A stretch of 64,000 bases of DNA, taken from Syntrophales bacterium. Lineage in GTDB: Bacteria; Desulfobacterota; Syntrophia; Syntrophales; UBA2192. Location: contig DAOTMG010000005.1 in NCBI GenBank assembly GCA_035450185.1, positions 7,597 through 71,596 on the forward strand, written 5' to 3'. Position 1 is the stretch's first letter; the number at the start of each line of letters is the position of its first letter. Below the pieces are notes generated by a model. The model saw only the letters and a list, made by a program, of their open reading frames with translations. It did not search any database and was not told the origin of the DNA. The position numbers were made by a program, and so were the translations under genes. Shown here piece by piece: positions 54,156 through 62,732 of the stretch.

Positions 54156-55049
54156 TCACACCCGCTTTTCAGGGTGAGCCCTCTGTCCCTTTGGCAATTC
54201 CAGAGGATCGCCGAAAACGTAGTTGTCGATCAGCCTCGCGACACCGACCCTCACGGCCAGCGCGATGACTTCCTTCCCCTGAAGGCGATTTACGTCCTTC
54301 ATCGTCGTGGTGTCACAGATCTTCACGTAATCGATCTTGCCCTCGGGATGCCGGCCGATGAACCGGGTGACCTCTTCAATGATCTTTCCGGCATCCCTTT
54401 CCCCCTTCTCGTAGAGCGTCTTCGCCATGAGGAGCGACCGGCTCAGGCTCAGCGCGGCCTTCCGTTCATCGGGCTTCAGGTAGGTGTTCCGGGAACTCAT
54501 GGCCAGCCCGTCCGGCTCGCGCACGGTTGGAAGGCCGATGATCTCGAGGTCCATGTTGAGGTCCTCGACCATCCGCCGGATGACCACCAGCTGCTGAAAG
54601 TCCTTCTTACCGAAGACGGCGACATGGGGTTTCACGATGTTGAAAAGTTTCGCGCAGACCGTGGCGACCCCCCGGAAGTGACCCGGTCTGGACAACCCGC
54701 AGAGGTTTTCCGTCACCCCCTCGACATGGACATAGGTCTGGTAGTGTTCCGGGTACATGTCGCGGTCCCCGGGGTAGAAGATGACGTCCACACCGACCTC
54801 CCGGCAGAGCGTCTCATCCCGCTGGAAGTCCCTGGGGTACTTCGCGAGGTCTTCCGTGGGGCCGAATTGCGTGGGGTTGACATAGATGCTCGTCACCAGG
54901 CAGTCCCCCATCTTCCGGCCCGCCTCCATGAGGCTCAGATGGCCCCGGTGGAGGTACCCCATGGTGGGCACAAAGGCTATCTTCTTCCCCGAGTTCCTGA
55001 GCGTTTCGGCGTACCGCTGCATGTCCGCCGCGCCTTCGATGACCTTCAT
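54156..55049 (-). CDS. panC: Pantoate--beta-alanine ligase
   Basis: [14 protein letters not shown] (HIGH-like motif), 297 aa. RBS GAGGG. Confidence 0.95.
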   Translation of the reverse strand: MKVIEGAADMQRYAETLRNSGKKIAFVPTMGYLHRGHLSLMEAGRKMGDCLVTSIYVNPTQFGPTEDLAKYPRDFQRDETLCREVGVDVIFYPGDRDMYPEHYQTYVHVEGVTENLCGLSRPGHFRGVATVCAKLFNIVKPHVAVFGKKDFQQLVVIRRMVEDLNMDLEIIGLPTVREPDGLAMSSRNTYLKPDERKAALSLSRSLLMAKTLYEKGERDAGKIIEEVTRFIGRHPEGKIDYVKICDTTTMKDVNRLQGKEVIALAVRVGVARLIDNYVFGDPLELPKGQRAHPEKRV

Positions 55050-55063
55050 CGACCCTCACCCGC

Positions 55064-55096
55064 AAAAAAAAAGCCCCCCGCCGGAGGACGGGAGGC
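55064..55096 (-). terminator. Intrinsic terminator/attenuator in the panC leader
   Basis: On the minus strand: stem GCCTCCCG/CGGGGGGC (one G-U pair) with an 8-nt loop, followed by T9. It ends 14 nt before the panC ATG. Confidence 0.7.
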
Positions 55097-55132
55097 TTTG
55101 CATTTCGCGGCTTCCTCAATCGATCGTCGAAA

Positions 55133-55173
55133 CAACCTTCCGTCCCGGTCCGTCACCGGATCCAAGCGGTGTG
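55133..55173 (-). promoter_or_regulatory. Conserved pan-operon leader element, copy 2 (candidate cis-regulatory RNA)
   Basis: The minus strand reads CACCGCTTGGATCCG-GTGACGGACCGG-GACGGAAGGTTG. It shares both flanking blocks with 31293..31336. Confidence 0.6.
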
Positions 55174-55176
55174 CCC

Positions 55177-55205
55177 GATCTAACAAAAGACGCTCTTTTT
55201 GTCAA
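55177..55205 (-). promoter_or_regulatory. Sigma-70-like promoter of the panC leader
   Basis: On the minus strand: TTGACA, 17 nt, TAGATC. It begins right after the rsmA stop. Confidence 0.5.
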
Positions 55206-55210
55206 GGAAA

Positions 55211-56053
55211 TTATGACCTCCTGAGGGCGCTGCTCAGTCGCACAAAGTCCTCCGGCGAGAGCGTCTCGGCCCTGCTGGTGAGATCGATGCCGAGGTCCTC
55301 CAGGATAACCGGAAGGGTTTCCCGTCGGGTTTCGAACAGGGACGAGGCCTTCAAATTGTTCAAAAGCGTCTTCCTCCGTTTCGAGAAAGCCGCCCGGACG
55401 ACAGCCCGCAAAAAAGTATCGTCATCCACGTCCGCCGGCGGACGCTTCGGGACGACCATCCGGACCACCGCCGATTCCACCCGGGGCCTGGGATAAAAAC
55501 ACTGGGGGGGGACCTTCAGGACGACCGCCGGCTCCGTGTAGAGCCGGACGAGGACGGAAAGGATGCCGTAGACTTTCGACCCCGGCCCGGCAACAAGCCG
55601 TTCGGCCACTTCCCTTTGAAACATGAGGACCATGGACGAAATGCATCTTCTCGCCTCCAGCAGCCGGAAAAGGATCGGTGAAGACAGGTTGTAGGGGATG
55701 TTCCCCACGACCTTGATGTTCACCCGGCCGCGGGACTCCCAGAGGGAATGGAAATCGAACTTCAACACGTCGCCGTGGACGATCTCCACGTTGGGGTATG
55801 GCTTCAGTTCCTCCCGGAGAACGGGGATCAATGCCCGGTCGATCTCAACGGCCACGACCCATCCGGCTTTCCGGGCCATCCGGGCGGTCATGAGGCCCAG
55901 CCCGGCCCCGATCTCGACCACACAGTCATCGTGACGGAGACCGGAAACCTCAACGATCTTCCGGGTGACGTTCGGGTCGGAGAGGAAGGACTGGCCCAGC
56001 CTCTTAAGCGGACGGATCTGATGCTTCGCCAGGATCGTCCGTGGGTTCGACAT
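55211..56053 (-). CDS. rsmA: 16S rRNA (adenine1518/1519-N6)-dimethyltransferase
   Basis: N-terminus KRLGQSFL, SAM motif VEIGAGLG and NIPYN. Confidence 0.93.
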   Translation of the reverse strand: MSNPRTILAKHQIRPLKRLGQSFLSDPNVTRKIVEVSGLRHDDCVVEIGAGLGLMTARMARKAGWVVAVEIDRALIPVLREELKPYPNVEIVHGDVLKFDFHSLWESRGRVNIKVVGNIPYNLSSPILFRLLEARRCISSMVLMFQREVAERLVAGPGSKVYGILSVLVRLYTEPAVVLKVPPQCFYPRPRVESAVVRMVVPKRPPADVDDDTFLRAVVRAAFSKRRKTLLNNLKASSLFETRRETLPVILEDLGIDLTSRAETLSPEDFVRLSSALRRS

Positions 56054-56492
56054 GCTTGCTCCTCAGGGCTGAAACGGCACGGTACGTGAGAAAATAGGCA
56101 GGAACCGTGAAAACAACGGCCATCAGAAACCCGCCGACCTGGAGCGGATACAGGATGTGCCATCCCAGTTCAAGGATCGATCTCAGGCTGTAGTCGCTGA
56201 AGGCGACGGTCAAGGGATCGTGATTGAGCAGTGACCGGCCGAGTTCGTACTGCGCGACGTAGAACAGGGGGATCGTCACGGGATTGGAGATACAGGTCGC
56301 CCCCAGGAGGGCCGCTGTCAGGTTCTGCCGGAAGAGGAGACACAAGAAAATGATCGCGACGGTATGGAACGGGATCGTCGGCGTAACGCCGATGAAGACA
56401 CCGATGGCCATGCCGGCGGCGATATTCCCCGGCTCTCCTTTCAGACTGATGAACCGCCGATAGAATTCCCCGATCTTTTCTCTGAAAAACAT
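56004..56492 (-). CDS. DUF2062-family membrane protein
   Basis: GEPGNIAAGMAIGVFIGVTPTIPFHT.. is typical of DUF2062. It overlaps the rsmA start by 50 nt. Confidence 0.7.
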   Translation of the reverse strand: MFFREKIGEFYRRFISLKGEPGNIAAGMAIGVFIGVTPTIPFHTVAIIFLCLLFRQNLTAALLGATCISNPVTIPLFYVAQYELGRSLLNHDPLTVAFSDYSLRSILELGWHILYPLQVGGFLMAVVFTVPAYFLTYRAVSALRSKHVEPTDDPGEASDPSA

Positions 56493-56562
56493 GAACCCTT
56501 TTTTCAGAACTCAACGCCGCGCTCTCACTGACGGCTTCTTCCCCGCAACCGCCATGCAGCGG

Positions 56563-57573
56563 CTATTTTTCAATCTGATTGAGGGGCCAGCGGGAGACGG
56601 CGTTCAAGTCATAGCCGTCCCGCCTCCCTCTCGCGAGCAGGTGCTCGCCCACGACGGCGATCATGGCCGCATTGTCCGTGCAGAGAACCGGCGGCGGGAT
56701 GAAGACCTCGACGGACCGCCTCTGCGCTTCCTCCATGAACCTGTGCCGCAGCCGGCTGTTGGCCGCGACACCGCCGACCACCGCCACCCGGGTCATGCCC
56801 TTTGATTCCGCAGCCCGCAGGGTCTTATCGACGAGCACGTCGACAATGGCCTCCTGGTAACTCGCGACGATATCCGGGATCTCGCCTTCCTCGATGGGCC
56901 GCTCCCGCTTCCGGATATAGGTCAGCAGGGCCGTCTTGACCCCGCTGAAGCTGAAATCCAGGCTGTCCCGCATGGCACGGGGAAAGTTCAGGGCCCGGGG
57001 GTTACCCGACTTTGCGAGCCTGTCGATGACCACACCGCCCGGGTATCCGATATCGAGGAGCTTCGCCGCCTTGTCGAAGGCCTCACCGGCCGCATCGTCC
57101 CGCGTCTGGCCCAGGAGGACGAAATCCTGGAAATCCCTGGCCAGGTAGACCATGGTGTGCCCCCCCGACACCACGAGAGCCACGAAGGGAAACGCCGGGG
57201 TTCGATCACTCAGGAAGACCGCGGCCACGTGCCCCTCGAGATGGTTCACGCCGACCATGGGTTTCCTGTTCGTGAATGCGACGGCCTTGGCGACGGACAG
57301 GCCGACGAGAAGGGAACCCACGAGCCCCGGCCCCCGCGTCACGGCGATGCCGTCCACGTCACCCAGTTCCAGCCGGGCGTTTTCAAGGGCCTGCAGGATC
57401 ACGGGAACAATGGATTCCACGTGTTTCCTCGAGGCGATTTCGGGGACGACCCCGCCGTATCTGCTGTGAATGTCCACCTGGGATGAAACGACGCTCGAGA
57501 GCACTTCCCGGCCGTCTCTCACGACGGCGGCCGCCGTTTCGTCACAGGAGGTTTCGATCGCGAGCACCTTCAT
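56563..57573 (-). CDS. tsaD: tRNA N6-adenosine threonylcarbamoyltransferase
   Basis: Only the last 337 codons of the 893-aa track ORF are genuine. The real gene begins MKVLAIETSCDETAAAVV and has the HLEGH motif. The upstream part of the ORF is antisense to nadB. Confidence 0.93.
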   Translation of the reverse strand: MKVLAIETSCDETAAAVVRDGREVLSSVVSSQVDIHSRYGGVVPEIASRKHVESIVPVILQALENARLELGDVDGIAVTRGPGLVGSLLVGLSVAKAVAFTNRKPMVGVNHLEGHVAAVFLSDRTPAFPFVALVVSGGHTMVYLARDFQDFVLLGQTRDDAAGEAFDKAAKLLDIGYPGGVVIDRLAKSGNPRALNFPRAMRDSLDFSFSGVKTALLTYIRKRERPIEEGEIPDIVASYQEAIVDVLVDKTLRAAESKGMTRVAVVGGVAANSRLRHRFMEEAQRRSVEVFIPPPVLCTDNAAMIAVVGEHLLARGRRDGYDLNAVSRWPLNQIEK

Positions 57574-57696
57574 GTGCGCCGACGAACATTTCCCTTTCCA
57601 TAAAATTCGGAAAGGTATATACAGGAACGACCGCCGATTGTAAACGGCCATTTTTTTTGAGCTTCCGGGTTGTTCCCGGCGCCCCGGGGTTTTCCC

Positions 57697-59346
57697 ATGG
57701 AAATCAGAACCGATTTTCTCGTCATCGGAAGCGGCATCGCAGGGCTCTGCTTCGCCATCAAGGCGGCGGACCTCGGTTCCGTGGCCATCGTGACCAAGAA
57801 AGAAAAGATAGAGTCGACGACCAACATGGCCCAGGGCGGGATCGCGGCCGTCATGGACGCCTCGGACAGTTTCGAGGACCACGTCCGCGACACCCTGACC
57901 GCCGGGGCCGGGATGTGCCATGAACCCGTCGCCCGCTTCGTTGTGCAGGAAGGCCCCGAGAGAGTCCGGGAACTCATCCGCTGGGGCGTGGAGTTCTCCA
58001 GGAGCAGCGAGGGTCCTCCCCCTGCTTATGATCTCGGGAAAGAGGGCGGCCATTCCCACAGGCGGGTCCTCCATGCCGCCGACCTGACGGGCCGTGAGAT
58101 CGAACGGGCCCTTATCGAAAAGGCGGGGACGAAGAAAAACATCTCCTTTTTCGAGAACTGCATTTCCGTCGATCTGATCCTGGCCTCGGGCGTCCGGGGC
58201 GATGGAGAACCGGCCCCGGCCGGGGAAGACAGATGCCTCGGGGCCTATGTCCTCGACGTGCAGAACAACAGGATCCGCGTTTTTCGCGCCTCCTTCGTTC
58301 TCCTGGCGACGGGCGGTGCGGGCAAGGTCTACCTGATCACATCGAACCCGGATATCGCGACCGGTGACGGCATCGCCATGGCCTACCGGGCCGGCGCCGA
58401 GGTCGCCAACCTGGAGTTCATCCAGTTCCACCCCACCTGCCTGTATCATCCCGATGCGAAGTCCTTCCTGATCAGCGAGGCGGTCCGCGGCGAAGGCGGG
58501 ATCCTCCGGCTGAGAAACGGTTCGAGCTTCATGGAGCGCTACCACCCGATGAAGAGTCTCGCCCCGCGGGACGTCGTCGCCCAGGCCATCGACCGGGAGC
58601 TGAAGAAATCGGGGGAAGAGTACGTCCTTCTGGACATCACCCATCGGGATCCCCGTTTCGTGATGGAGCGGTTCCCCAACATTTACAGAAACTGCCTGAC
58701 CTTCGGCATCGACATCACGAAAGACCCGATTCCCGTCGTTCCCGCGGCCCATTACATCTGCGGCGGTGTCGTGGTGAACGAATACGGAGAGACGAGCATC
58801 GAGAGGCTCTTCGCGGCGGGTGAAGTGGCCTGCACGGGCCTGCACGGGGCGAACCGTCTGGCAAGCAATTCGCTCCTCGAGGCCGTGGTGTTCGCCCACC
58901 GTGCCTTCGAAAGGATCGCCGGGACGTTCCCGCACGTCCGGGATGAGGAGTTGACCGTCCCGGGATGGGACCTGACGGGCGTGACCGAAAGCGACGAATC
59001 GGTCGTCATCACCCAGAACTGGGATGAAGTCCGGAGATCCATGTGGAATTACGTGGGGATCGTCCGGTCCGACAAGCGGCTGGAGCGGGCCAGGAAAAGG
59101 GTGGAGCTCATCCGGCAGGAGATACACGAATATTACAGGAAGTTCACCGTCACCAGGGACCTTCTGGAACTTCGGAACATCACCATCGTGGCGAAACTCA
59201 TCATCGAGTGCGCCATGTCGCGAAAAGAGAGCCGGGGTCTCCACTACAACATCGACTACCCCGACCGGGATGACCGGAACTGGCTCCGGGACACCGTCCT
59301 CAAAAGGCCGACCGGAAACCCCCGAAAGCCCCGGGCCTTCTCCTGA
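57697..59346 (+). CDS. nadB: L-aspartate oxidase
   Basis: FAD motif DFLVIGSGIAGL, a succinate dehydrogenase/fumarate reductase-like flavoprotein fold, and HGANRLASNSLLE. Confidence 0.93.
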   Translation: MEIRTDFLVIGSGIAGLCFAIKAADLGSVAIVTKKEKIESTTNMAQGGIAAVMDASDSFEDHVRDTLTAGAGMCHEPVARFVVQEGPERVRELIRWGVEFSRSSEGPPPAYDLGKEGGHSHRRVLHAADLTGREIERALIEKAGTKKNISFFENCISVDLILASGVRGDGEPAPAGEDRCLGAYVLDVQNNRIRVFRASFVLLATGGAGKVYLITSNPDIATGDGIAMAYRAGAEVANLEFIQFHPTCLYHPDAKSFLISEAVRGEGGILRLRNGSSFMERYHPMKSLAPRDVVAQAIDRELKKSGEEYVLLDITHRDPRFVMERFPNIYRNCLTFGIDITKDPIPVVPAAHYICGGVVVNEYGETSIERLFAAGEVACTGLHGANRLASNSLLEAVVFAHRAFERIAGTFPHVRDEELTVPGWDLTGVTESDESVVITQNWDEVRRSMWNYVGIVRSDKRLERARKRVELIRQEIHEYYRKFTVTRDLLELRNITIVAKLIIECAMSRKESRGLHYNIDYPDRDDRNWLRDTVLKRPTGNPRKPRAFS

Positions 59347-59397
59347 TGGCCGGACCCGGTCCCGGGAAGATCCCCTCGTCCCCCGGAACGGCCGCCG

Positions 59398-60699
59398 TCA
59401 TGCCCCCCGCCCGAAGACCCGCCGGAATATGTCATCGAGGTGCTTGAGAAAGTTCCGGAGATCGAATATTTTTTCGATCTCCCCGGCGTTCAGGTACCGC
59501 CGGATCTCGTGGTCCCCCGAGATGAGACCCTCGAACTCCAGCCCCTCCCGCCAGGACCGCATGGCATTTCTCTGAACCACCGCGTAGGCCGCCTCCCGGG
59601 ACATCCCCTTGTCGATCAGCCTGAGAAGGACCATCTGCGAGAAGATGACGCCGCGGGTCATGCCGATGTTGGCCATCATTTTCTCCGGGTGGACGGCCAG
59701 GTTTTTCAGCAAACCGCAAAAACGGTTCAGCATGAAATCCAGGAGGACGGTCGCATCGGGCCCGATCACCCGTTCCACCGACGAGTGGCTGATATCCCGT
59801 TCGTGCCACAGGGCCACGTCCTCCAGCGACGCCAGGGCGTAGCCTCTCATGAGTCGCGCGAGGCCCGAGAGATTTTCCGAAAGAACGGGGTTTCGCTTGT
59901 GGGGCATTGCGGAAGAGCCCTTCTGCCCCTCGGTGAACTCCTCCTCGGTCTCCCGGACCTCCGTCCTCTGGAGAAGACGGATCTCCGTCGCAAACTTTTC
60001 GATCGATGACGCAATGATCGCCAGCGTGGAGAAATACTCGGCATGGCGGTCGCGCTGGACGATCTGGGTGGAAACAGGAGCGGGCCGTAGCCCCAGTTTT
60101 CTGCAGACGTAGGCCTCCACCCCGGGGTCCACAAAGGAAAATGTCCCCACGGCCCCTGAGACCTTGCCGACGCTGACGGTTTCCCGGGCCCGGACGAGCC
60201 GCTGACGGTTCCTCTCCATCTCCTGGTACCAGAGGGCCATCTTCAGGCCGAAGGTGATGGGCTCGGCGTGGACGCCGTGGGTCCGGCCGATCATCAACGT
60301 TTTTTTGTAACGAAAAGCCTTCTGCCGCGTGATCTTCAGCAGCCGGTCGATATCCGCGATCAGGAGGTCCGCCGCCTCCCGGAGCAAAAGGGCAAAAGAG
60401 GTGTCGAGAATATCCGAGGAGGTCAGGCCCATGTGAATGAAACGGGCATCGGGTCCCACCTTTTCGCCGACGCTGGTCAGGAAGGCGATCACATCGTGCT
60501 TGACGACCTTCTCCACCTCGTCGATGCGGGCCACGTCGAACCCGGCCTTTGCCTTGATCTTCGCAAGGGCTTTTTTCGGGATGAGCCCCTTACCGGCCAG
60601 GGCCTCGCAAACCAGGATCTCTATGTCGAGCCATTTCCTGAACCTGTTCTCAGGGCTCCATACGGACGCCATCTCCTCTCTCGAATACCTCGGTATCAT
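59398..60699 (-). CDS. purB: Adenylosuccinate lyase
   Basis: N-terminus MIPRYSREEM and the fumarate-lyase signature GSSAMPHKRNP. Confidence 0.95.
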   Translation of the reverse strand: MIPRYSREEMASVWSPENRFRKWLDIEILVCEALAGKGLIPKKALAKIKAKAGFDVARIDEVEKVVKHDVIAFLTSVGEKVGPDARFIHMGLTSSDILDTSFALLLREAADLLIADIDRLLKITRQKAFRYKKTLMIGRTHGVHAEPITFGLKMALWYQEMERNRQRLVRARETVSVGKVSGAVGTFSFVDPGVEAYVCRKLGLRPAPVSTQIVQRDRHAEYFSTLAIIASSIEKFATEIRLLQRTEVRETEEEFTEGQKGSSAMPHKRNPVLSENLSGLARLMRGYALASLEDVALWHERDISHSSVERVIGPDATVLLDFMLNRFCGLLKNLAVHPEKMMANIGMTRGVIFSQMVLLRLIDKGMSREAAYAVVQRNAMRSWREGLEFEGLISGDHEIRRYLNAGEIEKIFDLRNFLKHLDDIFRRVFGRGA

Positions 60700-60848
60700 C
60701 GGACTCCCCCGGCCTTTTCTGTCGCTGACCGTTCTTAATATATCTCCTGAAAATCCGTCAAGGCATTTCAGCCTCGGACGCAGTCGCCACCGGGCGGTTC
60801 CACCTGCCGCAGTTCAAAAGACAACGACCGGGAACCCTGATATTGATT

Positions 60849-61523
60849 CTAGATATAACTACAAAACACCTTGATGTCATTCATGAATTGCTTGCGATTT
60901 CTGTACAGTATGGTATGCCAGCCCTTCCGTTTTGCCCGGCCGATGTGCCCTTCATTGTCATCGACGAAAAGGACAGACCCGGCTTTCAGATGAAGCGTTT
61001 CGAGGATATCGTCAAAATGGGTGGGGTCCATCTTGCTCTTTCCCAGATGATAGCTGTTGAAGACATAATCGAAGTCGCTGAAAAATCCCTGCTCCCCGTT
61101 CAGCTCGTCCAGCCAGAGGGTCTGGTCACTCAATATGCCGACCCGGGTTCCCCTCTGCCGGATCGCCTTCACGATTCGGAAAAGCCAGGGCCGAAGCCTG
61201 AACCGCGACAGGATCTCCTTCCGGAGATCCTCGTCACGCCCCCGGATGCCCGCCGCCCGGCGGAGGGCGTCCCAGTACGTTGCCTCGTCGGAGCGGCCCG
61301 TCACAAAACCCGTCTCGTGCACCAGTTCGTGGCCGAGGGCCACAAAGGCTTTTTCATCGATCCCGTTCTTCCTCGCGATGGCCGCAAGACCGCCCGCAAA
61401 CCCCTCCGCGGCCAGGACCCCTCCGAAATCGAATAAAACGGTATCGACAAAGCATGTCTCCGGCCTTCCCGGCAGGTCACCGGCCGGACGGCATCGCCCA
61501 TCCCTCTTAACCCTTTTGTCCAT
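60849..61523 (-). CDS. HAD-superfamily hydrolase
   Basis: Motif I LFDFGGVL and motif IV FVDDN. The N-terminal start is uncertain. Confidence 0.7.
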   Translation of the reverse strand: MDKRVKRDGRCRPAGDLPGRPETCFVDTVLFDFGGVLAAEGFAGGLAAIARKNGIDEKAFVALGHELVHETGFVTGRSDEATYWDALRRAAGIRGRDEDLRKEILSRFRLRPWLFRIVKAIRQRGTRVGILSDQTLWLDELNGEQGFFSDFDYVFNSYHLGKSKMDPTHFDDILETLHLKAGSVLFVDDNEGHIGRAKRKGWHTILYRNRKQFMNDIKVFCSYI

Positions 61524-61742
61524 GGCGTTACCTTCCTGTTTTCACTTGACGGGCCCGTCAAGGTTTTTATCGCACGGCTTTCACCCGCGCGCAATTCCGA
61601 AAAAGCCCCCCGCGCACGCCGGGGGTTTTCGCGGGTTGCCGCGGGAAAAACGCGCTGTCCTTCAAACCGACTTCAGTGATAGGATGATTCCACGGCTCCC
61701 CGGAAGCCGCGACGAACATTCTTTCCTCGGGCAGGTGACCTC

Positions 61743-62522
61743 ATGTTCATGATAAAAAAGATCATAACCCCCTTCTTCTACCCGCTGACGATCACCGCTC
61801 TTTTTCTCGTCGCGGGGCTCATCCTTCTTCTCTTCACGAAGAGGCAGCGGCTCGCCAAAAGCCTGGTCCTCTCCGGAACGATCGCGCTTCTTTTTTTCAG
61901 TTCCGGCGCCGGATCAAACCTGCTCCTCGGGCCCCTCGAACACCCGTACCGATCCACCGCCGCTTCGCCGCAGTCATCGCCGGAGCCATGGATCGTCGTC
62001 CTCGGAGCCGGGCTTTCCGGGGACGAGCGGACTCCCCTCACGGCCCGGCTATCGAGCACCTCCATGGTGCACCTGGCCGAGGGGATCGTCTGTTACAGGC
62101 AAAGACCGGGAAGCAGGCTCCTCCTCTCCGGCGGCAAGGGCTTTGAACGGGAATCGGAGGCGAACGTGATGACCCGCGTCGCCGTCGCCCTCGGCGTCCC
62201 CCCGTCGGACATCGTCAGGGAGGACCGGTCGCGGGACACGGAGGAGCAGGTGCGGCTGATCCGGGAGCACGTGGGGGAGCGGGATTTTGTGCTCGTGACG
62301 TCGGCTTCGCACATGCAGCGTGCCCTGTTCCTCTTCAGGCGTCTCGGCATGCATCCCGTGCCCGCGGCGACGGCCCACCGCGCAGGGACCGCCGAAATCC
62401 GGAGTCCCCGCGATGTCTTTCCAAGACCCCTGGCCCTGAGAAATGCCGAGACGGCCGTCCATGAGTACCTGGGCATCGCCTGGATTCGGCTGACTCGCTT
62501 CCCTGGAATGGGCCCATCCTGA
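61743..62522 (+). CDS. DUF218 (YdcF/ElyC-like) membrane-anchored protein
   Basis: N-terminal TM helices followed by a DUF218-like core (IVVLGAG..LLLSGG..EA..M..LVTSASHMQRA). Confidence 0.75.
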   Translation: MFMIKKIITPFFYPLTITALFLVAGLILLLFTKRQRLAKSLVLSGTIALLFFSSGAGSNLLLGPLEHPYRSTAASPQSSPEPWIVVLGAGLSGDERTPLTARLSSTSMVHLAEGIVCYRQRPGSRLLLSGGKGFERESEANVMTRVAVALGVPPSDIVREDRSRDTEEQVRLIREHVGERDFVLVTSASHMQRALFLFRRLGMHPVPAATAHRAGTAEIRSPRDVFPRPLALRNAETAVHEYLGIAWIRLTRFPGMGPS

Positions 62523-62579
62523 TGCCCTGTCTGCGGTCAAGCCGCCCGGGCCGGTCATCGAGACCCGGATCGCCAACCA

Positions 62580-62607
62580 AAAAAAAAGCCCGTCGTTCAC
62601 GACGGGC
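62580..62607 (-). terminator. Intrinsic terminator after tRNA(CAT)
   Basis: On the minus strand: stem AGCCCGTCG/CGACGGGCT with a 4-nt loop, followed by T8. Confidence 0.8.
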
Positions 62608-62621
62608 TTCGTGAATGTCCA

Positions 62622-62698
62622 TGGTGGCGGTGCAGGGACTTGAACCCCGGACACTGCGGATATGAGCCGCATGCTCTAACCAACTGAGCTACACCGCC
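62622..62698 (-). tRNA. tRNA with CAT anticodon (elongator Met or lysidine-dependent Ile2), CCA encoded
   Basis: Reverse complement is GGCGGTGTAGCTCAGTTGGTTAGAGCATGCGGCTCATATCCGCA..GGTTCAAGTCCCTGCACCGCCACCA. The acceptor stem is fully paired, so it is not an initiator. Confidence 0.88.
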
Positions 62699-62732
62699 CA
62701 GGGCATTTTTCTATAATATCTTGCGGGACCTG

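Noticed and set aside
57574-59244. N-terminal 556 codons of the 893-aa minus-strand ORF (56563..59244).
   Set aside because: This part is exactly antisense to nadB and has low-complexity Gly/Arg/Pro/Asp-rich composition with no recognisable motif.  The genuine gene, tsaD, starts at the internal ATG at 57573 (MKVLAIETSCDETAAAVV).
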